The notes under the pieces: model-generated | Seen by the model: only the letters and a program-made list of their open reading frames with translations | Told to the model about the DNA's origin: nothing | The model's database searches: none | Assembly: GCA_964549395.1 (NCBI GenBank) | Contig: CAZJVY010000006.1 | Location: 6,972-70,971 of the forward strand | Direction of reading: 5' to 3' | Source of the DNA: an uncultured Armatimonadia bacterium | Lineage (GTDB): Bacteria; Armatimonadota; Zipacnadia; Zipacnadales; UBA11051 | DNA: 64,000 bases | Position numbers and translations under genes: made by a program | In this document: in pieces, positions 1-9,351 of the stretch | How the letters are laid out: every line of letters begins with the position of its first letter | Numbering within the stretch: the stretch's first letter is position 1

Positions 1-4
1 CTGT

Positions 5-274
5 GTGAAGCAGATCAAAGCGGCGGACCGGCAGCTCGTCACCCCGACCGAAATGTGCCTCGCGCAGCCGGCAATGCATGTCGTCAATGAGGCGTTCGAG
101 CCGGTGGCCAAGCTCCTCGCGCTGGATGGGGGAATTCTGACACTGGACAGGGATTTCATGGCGGCACAGTTCCCCGACGCCGATGGTGACGGGGCGATTC
201 GGGCCTATATCATGGAGTTCGGCCCCGGCGATACAGTCTTGGTACCCAGCTCCATACGCTACCAGAGACACTAG
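5..274 (+). CDS. hypothetical protein; possibly the 3' part of a gene that begins upstream of the window (the ORF opens with GTG at the window edge)
   Basis: Open frame from position 5 to a stop at 274 with protein-like composition. No recognisable motif. Confidence 0.25.
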   Translation: MKQIKAADRQLVTPTEMCLAQPAMHVVNEAFEPVAKLLALDGGILTLDRDFMAAQFPDADGDGAIRAYIMEFGPGDTVLVPSSIRYQRH

Positions 275-335
275 CCGGACCGACGACACCGTATCCGGAT
301 CGCTGTGGACTGATGGCGCGGCCACCGTTGCGACG

Positions 336-1778
336 TTACGTGGGGTTGCGGTTGCGGATTTGCCTCAGGATGTCCCAGTAAGCGCCGCGCGCTCCGGCGG
401 CGACGGCATCCACCAGTGGCTGGTTGTCATCGTAATCGTAGTCACGGTCATCGCCGCTGCCGCCGAAGAAGAAGCGCTGGTCACCGGCGATAACGTCCGA
501 CAGGAAGCCTGCCGCCTCAGCCGGCGCGCCCAGTGCCGGCGCGATGTAGAACACGGGGGCCAGCAGGTCCTCGTTCCCCTCTGTCTCCCCCCAGAGCGCC
601 GGGTTATCCTCCAGAGGGCCCTCGCTCGCGACGAAGTGGGCCATTCCTGTGCCCGCATAGACCCTCACTCCCAGAGAGATGCCCATGCAGGACGGACCGG
701 CGGCCTTCGCCCCCTCGATGGTCTCCCTGGCGGTCTCTTTCGTCTCGCCCGGCGCGCCGATGAGCAAGTCGAGCATTACCACAATCCCCTGCTCGTGGCA
801 TAGACTGACGGCTTCCGATATGGCGTCATGTGAGAAATCGCGTCCCAGACGCGCCAGCATCTCGTCATTCCCGCTGTCTGCTCCGAAGTTGATCCCCGCG
901 CAGCCCGCACGCCGCATCGCCTCGGCAAGCTCTCCCGAGAACGGATGTGGCGCGAGATATGCATACCACCGCGTCTTCTCTCCCAATCCCCGGCCGGCGA
1001 GTTCCTCGCAGACGGCCAGGGCATGATCCTCGGGAATGTTGAATTCGCTGTCGCACAGGTGATAGACGTCAATCCCTTGACTAAGCAGGTTCTGGACCTC
1101 GTCCGCGACGGCCACCGGCGAGCGCCGCCTCACGCGGTGGCCTTTGCCCAACGGGTCCGCGCAGAAAATGCACTTCCGGTCGCATCCGCGCTTGGTCTCC
1201 AGTCCCATCTGCCCGCCCTCGTTGAAGTAGCGGCGGTTATCTATCATATCGCGCTGCAGAGCGGGGCCGTCCGCGATGTCCGGCCAGGCCGGGGCGTTAC
1301 CTTCGATCCCATCGCCATCGTGCCACAGCAGCCCGGGCACATCCTGCGGGCTCATCTCGCCTCGCAGGGCTTGCAGCAGAAGCGGCACTGCTTCCTCGCC
1401 GTCGCCGAGCACACCGTAGTCAATTCCGGCTGCCCTCATGATGGCTTCCGGTGCCACGCAGAACCCCGCACCTCCTGCCACGACGGGCGCATCGGTGGAC
1501 TGCCGAATGGCGGCCACGACCTGCTGCAGTTCAGGCACGAATGAGTGCGAGCTGAGCAGCATGCAGTTGTCGGTGTTGCGGAATGTGATCCCGACCAACT
1601 GCGGGTCCGTCTCTGTGACGCGCCGCTGCAGCGCACCTGTCGGGTCGGCCTCAAGACACAGGTCCACGATTTCGACTTCCATGCCCCGGCGGCGGCAGGC
1701 CTCGCCCACGTACTCCAGCCCCAGCGGCGCAATCGGCGGCTTGGTCACATTTGAGTTCACCAGCACAATGCGAGACAT
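336..1778 (-). CDS. B12-binding domain / radical SAM protein (class B radical SAM)
   Basis: CDRKCIFC (CX3CX2C) radical SAM cluster motif. N-terminal MSRIVLVNSN...PPIAPLGLEY Rossmann-like B12-binding-type start. Start moved to the ATG at 1778, preceded by a GAGGTGAAG RBS. Confidence 0.7.
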   Translation of the reverse strand: MSRIVLVNSNVTKPPIAPLGLEYVGEACRRRGMEVEIVDLCLEADPTGALQRRVTETDPQLVGITFRNTDNCMLLSSHSFVPELQQVVAAIRQSTDAPVVAGGAGFCVAPEAIMRAAGIDYGVLGDGEEAVPLLLQALRGEMSPQDVPGLLWHDGDGIEGNAPAWPDIADGPALQRDMIDNRRYFNEGGQMGLETKRGCDRKCIFCADPLGKGHRVRRRSPVAVADEVQNLLSQGIDVYHLCDSEFNIPEDHALAVCEELAGRGLGEKTRWYAYLAPHPFSGELAEAMRRAGCAGINFGADSGNDEMLARLGRDFSHDAISEAVSLCHEQGIVVMLDLLIGAPGETKETARETIEGAKAAGPSCMGISLGVRVYAGTGMAHFVASEGPLEDNPALWGETEGNEDLLAPVFYIAPALGAPAEAAGFLSDVIAGDQRFFFGGSGDDRDYDYDDNQPLVDAVAAGARGAYWDILRQIRNRNPT

Positions 1779-2078
1779 TAACCGCTTCACCTCAAGCTTC
1801 GTGCGGCCGTGGAACATCACGCCTACGCCGCACGTCCAACCTGACAGTATGAAGATTTGGTGTCGTCACGGTAACACAGTGGCCGCGTAGGGCCGGACTG
1901 CTGCCTATCCCATTGGTTTGCCGCCGAGCGCCGGCGTACCTGCTTCCGTAGAGGCGCGTCCACAGAGTTCAGGGCGTCAGGCCCCCGGCAGTGCAGACCG
2001 GCGGCATAGAAACGGGATTGCAGGCCCGCAGTCATTGCAGTAAACTGGACTGCAGAAAACGCCAGGGAGATATGACAG

Positions 2079-2501
2079 ATGAAGCACACGGTGCTATTGG
2101 TCGCACTAGTGTTGACCGCATGTGTGGCAGGCTGTGGTGGTGGCGGCGGTGGCGGCGGCTCGACCAATGCTGCGCCCACGGTCACCAGCTTGTCGGTCGT
2201 GCCGAGCCAGTTGGGGTACACGGGCGGCACGGTCACGATCACGGCTCAGGCCACGGACGACAGTCAGGTGGCATCGGTGTCCGCGAGCGTTGCCGGGCCC
2301 TCGGGCACGGAGACGGTAGCTCTGACCGCAGCCGGCAACGACTATGCAGGCACCTATACGGCTGCTGGGAATCTCGGCCCTGGCGCTGCCGCGTATAGTG
2401 TCAGTGTCACAGCTACGGACGACGATGGAGCGACCAGCGATGCGGCCACTGCCGGCTTCACGGTGGCCTCCATCTCCCCCCCCCCCCCCCGGCCCACCTG
2501 A
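2079..2501 (+). CDS. small secreted lipoprotein with poly-Gly linker and Ig-like Thr/Ala-rich domain, C-terminus PPPPRPT
   Basis: Signal peptide with lipobox LTAC, followed by CGGGGGGGG. GGGAGA RBS 8 nt upstream. Ends in a poly-Pro tail encoded by a C15 tract. Confidence 0.55.
   Translation: MKHTVLLVALVLTACVAGCGGGGGGGGSTNAAPTVTSLSVVPSQLGYTGGTVTITAQATDDSQVASVSASVAGPSGTETVALTAAGNDYAGTYTAAGNLGPGAAAYSVSVTATDDDGATSDAATAGFTVASISPPPPRPT
2476..2490 (+). repeat. homopolymeric C15 tract inside the 3' end of the lipoprotein CDS (encodes PPPP)
   Basis: 15 consecutive C counted directly in the sequence (2476-2490). Confidence 0.9.
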
Positions 2502-2702
2502 TATCTGAACGGTTGCATCCCCCTTTGAGGGCCTCCTTTGGCGCACGAGAGCCTGCGTTCTTCCTCGGATCGCGCCTGAACTTGCATGAGCGGTATGCTT
2601 GCGCAACAAAGCGGAGCCATTGGAGTATTCCAACAGGGAAATCACCCACCCCTGACGAACAGTAGCCGGTGAACCGAATCTTGTCCCATCGGAGGAACGT
2701 AG

Positions 2703-5700
2703 ATGCTGGAAAGGTGCGTCGTGAGTTTGCTGGTGGGTTTGCTACTTGTCATGGCAGCTTCCACAGCGGGTGCCAAGAAGTGCAGTCGCTTCGTCACCGC
2801 GCAGATGCGTGCGAACGCGCTGAAGAACATCGAAACACTTGACTGGGCCGCCGGTCAGCAGAAGAGCGCCATTGCCGGAGCCCAAAGCTGGCTGCAGATG
2901 AGTGACGATCAGCTTTGGGAGATGGTACCCTCCCAGGAATTGCCACGCGCCGACATTACCAACAAGGGGGTCCTGTACGAGGGCAAGCGGCCCGGCTGCC
3001 CCAACTGCGGTGAGGCGGCGCTGAAGTATGGCATGAGGTGGTGGAAGTACGACGCGAACAATGCACCGTGGAAGGCGAAATGTCCCAACTGCGGCCAGGT
3101 CTATCCCAAGAACGATTTCTGGGCGTTCTACCAGACGGCGCTGGACGAACACGGCATGTTCCGGCGCGAACTGGGCGACCGTTCTCTGCTTTTCAACGCC
3201 GAGCACCCCGACCCAAACGACCCCTTGCACAAGCTCTATGTGGACGACGGCTACGGAATGGTGGACGAGAAGGGGGATACGCATCACATCATTGCTGCTT
3301 ACTGCCAGTGGGTGCAGTGGCCCAGAATCTACGGGGCCATATCGGCTCTGGCGCAGGCCTACACGCTCACCGGCGACAAGGCGTATGCCCACAAGGCGGC
3401 CGTGCTTCTGGACCGCGTCGCCGACGTGTACCCCGAGATGGATTATCTGCCCCTGCACAAGTTGGGCTTCCAGCACAGCCAGGGCGGCACCGGAGAGGGC
3501 CGCATTGAGGGATGCATCTGGGAGACCGGCGCGGGGCAGAGGTTCGCCCGCACCTACGACCTGATCTACGATGGCATCCAGGACGATGGAGAGCTGGTGG
3601 CGTTCTGCTCGCGGAAGGCGGAGCAGCACAAACTGGGTGATAAGAGCAGCATCGCCGCAATCTGCCGGCACATTGAGGACCATCTGCTGATGGAGATACT
3701 GGCTTCGTGCAGGGATGGCCGCATCAGGGGCAATACCGGCATGACACACGCCTGCCTGGCGAATAGTGCGATAGCCCTGGACAGAGAGAAGATCACGGAG
3801 GAATGGCTGAACTGGCTATTCGATCCATGCTATCCGGGTGAGTATAACCAAAGCAAGGATCCGGTGCCCTGGGTGTTGGTCGAAGGCCTGGACCGTGACG
3901 GAATGGGCGGCGAATGTGGGGGATATGGCTTCATCTGGACCCGCTACATGCAGCAGCTCGTCGAGATCATGTCATCCTACCCGGACTACAAGGCACATGA
4001 CATGGTGGCCGAGTTCCCGAAGCTGAAGCAGAGCTTCCTGGTAGAAGCACGTCTCAACGTGCTGGATTCCACCGTCCCGAACATCGGCGATAGCGGCGCG
4101 ACCGGCACATGGGGCCGGGCGGGTAACGCGGCCACCTTCATGCGGGCCTACAAGCTCTACAGGGACCCTCGCTTCGCCCAAATGGCCTGGCGCGAGCACG
4201 CGGAGTACAAGTCATCACTGCGGCTCCCGGATGACATCTTCGCTCCGGACCCCGATGCTCTCATCCGCGAGGCGGAGAAGGTCGCTCTGGCCGAACCATT
4301 CAAGCTCAAGTGCGACCATCTTGGGCGCTACGGCCAGGCGGTGTTGCAGACTGAGCAGCCTGCAGGCGGCCGTGCCCTGTGGATCCATTACGGCTACAGC
4401 AAGGGGCACTCGCACTGCGACTGCCTCAACATTGGTCTCTACGCAGAGAACATGGACATGCTTCCCGAGCTGGGCTATCCGGAGTACACAGGCTCCTGGC
4501 CCAAGCGGGGAGCCTGGACATCCAATACCATCAGCCACAATACGCTGGTGGTGAATGACACGAGGTCCGGCTACAGCCCCGGCGGCAGAATCAGCCTATT
4601 TGCAGTACAGCCGCCGCTGCGGGTGATGGATGTCAGCTCCCTGACGGCCTATCCCGATATGCAAACCTACCGGCGGACGGTGGCGCTGGTGGACGTCTCG
4701 GACACCGACAGCTACGTGTTCGACGTTTTCCGGGCCCGTGGCGGCAAGAATCATCGTCTCTCCTACCATGGCCCTGCGGAGAATGCGACTGTTGCCGGTC
4801 TGTCGCTGGTCAAGCAGCCGACGGGCACCTTTGCCAGTCCGGACGTGGAGTTCGCCACCCTCGATGGTGAGCAGGCCGATTTCTACAAGAGCAGCGGCTT
4901 CACATACCTGTACGATGTCGAACGCTCGCCTGGCGCTGTGGCTGGCGGGTACACGGTGGACTGGAAGGCCGAGGACCTGCGCGGCCGCATCAAGGAGGGC
5001 ACGGAGCCGCACCTGCGGCTGCACGGCCTGACGGCCTGCGATGCAGTGGCCCTTGCCAGCGGCGACCCGCCCCAGAACAAGTCCGGGAATCCCCGCCGCC
5101 TGCGCTACCTGATCCAGAGCCGCCTGGGTGAGAACATGGAGAGCCAGTTCGTGACCGTACTGGAGCCGTATGACACGACCCCGTTCATCAAACAGGTTCG
5201 CGTCCTGAAAGTCGAGCACGATGCGGACCATAATTCGGTCGCGGCGGTAGCGGTCGAGCTTGCGGACGGCACGACTGACATACTCATCAACTGTGAAGAG
5301 CCGACCCAGGTGACGGTCGAGGGCGGCATCGAGTTCAACGGCCGGATCGGCTTCCTGAGGCTCGTGAATGGGCAGATGAAGCTCATGCGCATGAGCAATG
5401 CCACACTGCTTAGCTACGGCGGCGTCACGCTGGCCGCGGATCAGGCCGCCTACAAGGGCAAGGTCGTCAAGATTGACGCTTCCGACGCGGAGAACAACCT
5501 TGTCTTCCTCGACCCGCCGCTTCCGCAGAAGGCCGATCTCGTAGGCGGGACGATACATTTCGGCAATGCGCTGCCTCTGGACACCAGTTATGAGATACGA
5601 GCCGTGACGCCCGAGGGCATTTCCACGGGCGACATCACGATCATCCACGGCTTCCAGGATAAGGGGGACTTCGCGGCCGGCCATAAGTACCTGGTCAATG

Positions 5701-5747
5701 TCGGGGATGACTACATGGTCCCATGCAGCGTCGGCCTGGACCGCTAG
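2703..5747 (+). CDS. large secreted heparinase II/III-like (polysaccharide lyase-like) protein, paralog 1, with embedded double CPxCG zinc ribbon
   Basis: N-terminal signal peptide. GHSHCDCLNIGLY...LPELGYPEY motif resembling the GHxHxD motif of the heparinase II/III family (from memory). CPNCG-x26-KCPNCGQVYPKNDF zinc ribbon at aa 99-139. GGAGGA RBS. Confidence 0.6.
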   Translation: MLERCVVSLLVGLLLVMAASTAGAKKCSRFVTAQMRANALKNIETLDWAAGQQKSAIAGAQSWLQMSDDQLWEMVPSQELPRADITNKGVLYEGKRPGCPNCGEAALKYGMRWWKYDANNAPWKAKCPNCGQVYPKNDFWAFYQTALDEHGMFRRELGDRSLLFNAEHPDPNDPLHKLYVDDGYGMVDEKGDTHHIIAAYCQWVQWPRIYGAISALAQAYTLTGDKAYAHKAAVLLDRVADVYPEMDYLPLHKLGFQHSQGGTGEGRIEGCIWETGAGQRFARTYDLIYDGIQDDGELVAFCSRKAEQHKLGDKSSIAAICRHIEDHLLMEILASCRDGRIRGNTGMTHACLANSAIALDREKITEEWLNWLFDPCYPGEYNQSKDPVPWVLVEGLDRDGMGGECGGYGFIWTRYMQQLVEIMSSYPDYKAHDMVAEFPKLKQSFLVEARLNVLDSTVPNIGDSGATGTWGRAGNAATFMRAYKLYRDPRFAQMAWREHAEYKSSLRLPDDIFAPDPDALIREAEKVALAEPFKLKCDHLGRYGQAVLQTEQPAGGRALWIHYGYSKGHSHCDCLNIGLYAENMDMLPELGYPEYTGSWPKRGAWTSNTISHNTLVVNDTRSGYSPGGRISLFAVQPPLRVMDVSSLTAYPDMQTYRRTVALVDVSDTDSYVFDVFRARGGKNHRLSYHGPAENATVAGLSLVKQPTGTFASPDVEFATLDGEQADFYKSSGFTYLYDVERSPGAVAGGYTVDWKAEDLRGRIKEGTEPHLRLHGLTACDAVALASGDPPQNKSGNPRRLRYLIQSRLGENMESQFVTVLEPYDTTPFIKQVRVLKVEHDADHNSVAAVAVELADGTTDILINCEEPTQVTVEGGIEFNGRIGFLRLVNGQMKLMRMSNATLLSYGGVTLAADQAAYKGKVVKIDASDAENNLVFLDPPLPQKADLVGGTIHFGNALPLDTSYEIRAVTPEGISTGDITIIHGFQDKGDFAAGHKYLVNVGDDYMVPCSVGLDR

Positions 5748-5782
5748 CACCGCACTTTGCAGTCCTAACGCGATGTTGTCTC

Positions 5783-5817
5783 TTGCCTGTCGAGCAATCG
5801 GCAGGCAATTTGTTTTG
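5783..5817 (+). terminator. candidate intrinsic terminator after heparinase-like gene 1
   Basis: Stem TTGCCTG / CAGGCAA (7 bp, 12-nt loop) followed by TTTGTTTTG. Confidence 0.35.
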
Positions 5818-5961
5818 CGCTGTTAGACAAAAACCGCACGCGAGAACACACTAAGACACAGGTATGTGTGTGTCGTCGAGGCGCAGTACCACGCGCAACG
5901 TATTCCGTGAGAGTCATGCCGCACTCGCCGGCATTGGCATTCGGGAAAGGGGCTTCTGTCT

Positions 5962-7167
5962 ATGGGCCTTTATCGGTACTCAGCGGATGACGGAGATATC
6001 CTGAGAAGTGGCGAGGTCTCAGCGGCCAGCTTGCCGCAGGCCATCAGGAACTTGCAGTGCCGTGGCCTGCGCCTGAATGAAGTCGCCGCAATGAGCCGCG
6101 CAGGCGAGATGTGGGGGCGTCGGCATGAGATCGAGCGGGTGTGGCTGTACCGTCATCTGGCCGATCTGCTGGCCTCCGGCGTGACGCTGTCGGCAGCGCT
6201 GGAGGTGCTCGCCCAGGATGCGCCATGTTCGGCAGACGCAGTTCGCTTGCGCACCATGTCCCAGCTTGTCGCCGGCCAGGGCCTCACGCTGTCGGAGGCG
6301 ATGGAGCAGCACCCAACCCTCATCGGCAGCTACGGAATCGCCGTGGTGCGCTCCGCTGAGCAAGCCAACCGCCTTCCCGAGAGCCTGCGCATGCTCGCCG
6401 CACACCTCGACAACAGCAACCGCATCCGCGAGCGCTCCATGACGCCTATCGTTTACCCCGCCATCATCCTGATATGGATGGGTGTGGTGTTCGTGTTCCT
6501 GACGACCTTCATACTGCCCAAGTTCATGGACCTATTCCTTGAGTTGGGCATGACCCAAGACAAGTTCCCGCTTCCTACGCTCATGGCCATCAGAGTGAGC
6601 AACGCGGCCCCCTTCTTTCTGTTCTGGCTCGTAGTGTTGCTGCTGGCGTTCGCGCTTTTGCGGGTGTTCTTGCGGCGATCGAAGCGGGTACAGCTCGATC
6701 TGGCGATGTGGTCGCTGTGGATGCCCATTTTCGGGCGGCTGAATCGGGACTGTGCAACGGCACGCGTACTTGGCGTGCTGGCCTTGGCACTGGAAGCCGG
6801 AATGCCGCTGGACCGAGCGCTTGAGGCGGCCGGCCCTGCTGCTGAAAACGAACTGATGAATCTAGCGATGCGCAGGGCGGTGGATCGTGCCCGCCGTGGA
6901 TATTCGGCCGGCAAATCAATCGCCGGTGCCGGAATTCTGCCGCCGGCACTTGTCTGGCATTTGCAGACGGCCGAGAAGTCCGGACATCTGGCGGCGACCT
7001 GCCAGGCCGCCGCGGAGACCTACATCGCCCGTGTCGAGATGCACACCGTCCGCACGGCGGCAGTTCTCGAGCCGCTTCTCATCATATTCGTTGGCATATG
7101 CGTCGGCTTCGTCGGCCTCAGCATGTTCCTGCCGTTGGCCGGGATTATCGGAGAGCTGTCATCATAG
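5962..7167 (+). CDS. gspF: type II secretion / type IV pilus platform protein (GspF/PilC family)
   Basis: About 400 aa with three TM segments and two repeated cytoplasmic domains, the typical GspF layout. Immediately upstream of the GspE ATPase. Confidence 0.8.
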   Translation: MGLYRYSADDGDILRSGEVSAASLPQAIRNLQCRGLRLNEVAAMSRAGEMWGRRHEIERVWLYRHLADLLASGVTLSAALEVLAQDAPCSADAVRLRTMSQLVAGQGLTLSEAMEQHPTLIGSYGIAVVRSAEQANRLPESLRMLAAHLDNSNRIRERSMTPIVYPAIILIWMGVVFVFLTTFILPKFMDLFLELGMTQDKFPLPTLMAIRVSNAAPFFLFWLVVLLLAFALLRVFLRRSKRVQLDLAMWSLWMPIFGRLNRDCATARVLGVLALALEAGMPLDRALEAAGPAAENELMNLAMRRAVDRARRGYSAGKSIAGAGILPPALVWHLQTAEKSGHLAATCQAAAETYIARVEMHTVRTAAVLEPLLIIFVGICVGFVGLSMFLPLAGIIGELSS

Positions 7168-7217
7168 ACCAGCACAGATGTCTTCGCGGTAGGTAGCTGC
7201 CGAAGGGAGAAGCTGAA

Positions 7218-8732
7218 ATGTGGTTATTCGAGCCGCTGACATGTGAGCAAACCGTCCCGGGTGACAGGAGGTGGCTGCATCTCTCACCTGACGGTCTGGC
7301 GTTGAGCGAGGCCGGTAAGGTGGCTGGCGACACATCATATGCCCTCGCGGACTACGGCGCAATCTCCGAGGTCCTTCTGCGCGGCGGCCGCCGGGCCAGT
7401 CTGCGGCTCGCCTTCGCCGATCACCGCAACCCGTGGGTAGTGCGTGGAGTGCCGCGACCACATGCAGAATGGGCGCTGCACACGATAAGCGGATATCGTA
7501 AGCTGACACGCTGGGCGCTGAGCGAGGAGGCGAAGGCACCCCTGACGTTTGACAAGATAGCGGCTCGCGTGAACATGTACGCCGATGACATGCCCCTGCT
7601 CGGCAATTTGCTTATCGCCCAGGCGATAGCTCATGCGGCCAGCGACATGGATCTGGAGCCGACGGGAGACGCCTACGCCCTCCGCTACCGCGTTGACGGT
7701 GCGGTGTTCTCCGTGGCCGGGATGCCCAGGACTGCTGCCGAGCGCCTGCTGCGAATGCTGAAGAACCAGGCGAATCTGCAGGCGCACCGCTCCGACATCA
7801 CCCAGGAGGGCCGCATCCGGCTCGCGGCGCAGACCGGTCCGGTTGACCTGCGCGTAACCATCATGCCGGGCATAGCGGGGGAGAAGGTCAACGTCCGTCT
7901 GCTCAACCCCGCTACACAGCTCTTCGGCCTGGATGAGCTGGGCATGAGCGGCCCGCAAGTGGCGCGGATGAAAACGCTCCTGTCTGCACCGACCGGCGCG
8001 GTGGTGCTGTGCGGGCCGGGTGGCGCCGGCAAGACGACAACGATCTACGCCGCACTCACCTACCTGGCGGGCCTGGGGCCCGGACGCGCCATCTCCAGCA
8101 TCGAAGACCCGGTGGAATTCGATCTGGAGGGCGTTTCTCAGACACAGGTCGGTGCCGGGCTGGACTTCGCGAAGGCGCTTGCGGTGTTGCTGCGCCAGGA
8201 TCCGGGGGTGGTGATGGTCGGCGAAATCCGCGACCCCGAAACCGCACAAATCGCCATGCGCGCGGGGATGACCGGCCAGCTGCTGCTCACAACCATGCAT
8301 GCCAGCGGGCCGGAGCTCGTGATCCCGCGCCTGTTCGACCTGGCGGTCGAGCCGTACATGATCAGCTCGGCGTTGGCGGCCATTGTTTCCCAACGGCTGC
8401 TACGCAAGGTGTGCGAAAGCTGCGCTGCAACCTGCACTCCGAGCGCGGAGGAACTGGCCGCTGCAGGGATCACTTCGGAAATGGCCGCGGGCGCTACGTT
8501 CAAGACCGGCAAAGGGTGCCCCGCATGTCATGAGACCGGCTACAAGGGGCGCATCGGCATATTCGACCTGACGGCGATTGACGAAGACACGGCCAATCTG
8601 ATAATGGCGCGCAACATGGCTGCCCTGCGCATGAAGCTGACAAGTGACGGGTTGCGGGCCGCGGCGTTTGAGAAGGTCAAGGCCGGCGTCACCGACATCG
8701 CCGAGGTCATCCGCGTGCTGGGAGTGAGGTAG
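7218..8732 (+). CDS. gspE: GspE/PilB-family secretion ATPase with atypical N-terminal domain
   Basis: Walker A GPGGAGKTTT, Asp box IEDPVEF, Walker B VMVGEIRD, His box LLLTTMHASG, C-terminal tetracysteine CESC...CPACHETGYKGR. Confidence 0.85.
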   Translation: MWLFEPLTCEQTVPGDRRWLHLSPDGLALSEAGKVAGDTSYALADYGAISEVLLRGGRRASLRLAFADHRNPWVVRGVPRPHAEWALHTISGYRKLTRWALSEEAKAPLTFDKIAARVNMYADDMPLLGNLLIAQAIAHAASDMDLEPTGDAYALRYRVDGAVFSVAGMPRTAAERLLRMLKNQANLQAHRSDITQEGRIRLAAQTGPVDLRVTIMPGIAGEKVNVRLLNPATQLFGLDELGMSGPQVARMKTLLSAPTGAVVLCGPGGAGKTTTIYAALTYLAGLGPGRAISSIEDPVEFDLEGVSQTQVGAGLDFAKALAVLLRQDPGVVMVGEIRDPETAQIAMRAGMTGQLLLTTMHASGPELVIPRLFDLAVEPYMISSALAAIVSQRLLRKVCESCAATCTPSAEELAAAGITSEMAAGATFKTGKGCPACHETGYKGRIGIFDLTAIDEDTANLIMARNMAALRMKLTSDGLRAAAFEKVKAGVTDIAEVIRVLGVR

Positions 8733-8734
8733 TA

Positions 8735-8992
8735 ATGCGCCGGATCGCGTCAGACATCTACTGGGGCCTGTACGGCCTTGCTCACTACGTGCAGTTCCTC
8801 GTTCTCGCAGCACTGGTGTTGCTGCCGGTTGCGGCGTTCACCGTAACGACAATGCACATCGGCGCCCCCATGCTGCATGTGCCACTGCTGGTCGCAGCCG
8901 GCCATTTCTTGGTCCTGGGGCTGTTGGGTTACGGCATATACTACCTGCCCGCGCAGCTCGAGAGTAGAGTCGCTTCTCCCGAGGATGAATAG
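8735..8992 (+). CDS. small 2-TM membrane protein of unknown function
   Basis: ATG 3 nt after the gspE stop with a GGGAGTGAGG RBS. Two hydrophobic helices. Confidence 0.4.
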   Translation: MRRIASDIYWGLYGLAHYVQFLVLAALVLLPVAAFTVTTMHIGAPMLHVPLLVAAGHFLVLGLLGYGIYYLPAQLESRVASPEDE

Positions 8993-8994
8993 CA

Positions 8995-9351
8995 ATGCGC
9001 TCTGCCCCTGACGCACCGACAACCTGGGACAAGCTGGCCGACGCGATGCCGACATTCGCGCATTGGTGGGCGGTGCTGGCTGACCTGCCCGGCTATCTGG
9101 TCGAGTGGTGGCCCGTCGGGAGCATGTGGCTGCGCTTTGTTTGCGTGCTTGTGCTGGCCATCGTATTTGTGGCATTGTTCCTGTTATGCGGCATTGGAGG
9201 GCTGGCATGGGCGGGTGCGCCGGTGATATTCCTTGGAATGGGGATGTGGCTCTGGCAGCGCAACGCCCGCACCAGAGCTGACCGCTTCTGGTACTACAGG
9301 TCGGCCCCGCTGAGAAGTGACATAGCCTTCCCGGAGGCCGATGACGAATGA
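8995..9351 (+). CDS. small 2-TM membrane protein of unknown function
   Basis: Starts 3 nt after the previous stop. Trp-rich with two hydrophobic helices. Its stop overlaps the next start (ATGA). Confidence 0.4.
   Translation: MRSAPDAPTTWDKLADAMPTFAHWWAVLADLPGYLVEWWPVGSMWLRFVCVLVLAIVFVALFLLCGIGGLAWAGAPVIFLGMGMWLWQRNARTRADRFWYYRSAPLRSDIAFPEADDE

Noticed and set aside
284-307. CCGGA-n14-TCCGG inverted repeat after the first partial ORF.
   Set aside because: Only a 5-bp stem with a long loop and no T-tract. Expected by chance in GC-rich DNA.
4596-5750. 384-aa ORF on the minus strand, entirely antisense to heparinase-like gene 1. Similar long antisense ORFs occur at 2742-3749(-), 7335-8393(-), 14935-15861(-), 20584-22161(+), 26158-27177(+), 27873-29048(+), 35226-36437(-), 52080-52823(-), 57777-58898(+) and 59422-60240(+).
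   Set aside because: All lie opposite strongly supported genes. They are Arg/Ala/Pro/Gly-rich and lack motifs, RBS or signal features. They are the stop-codon-poor antisense frames expected in a roughly 65% GC genome.
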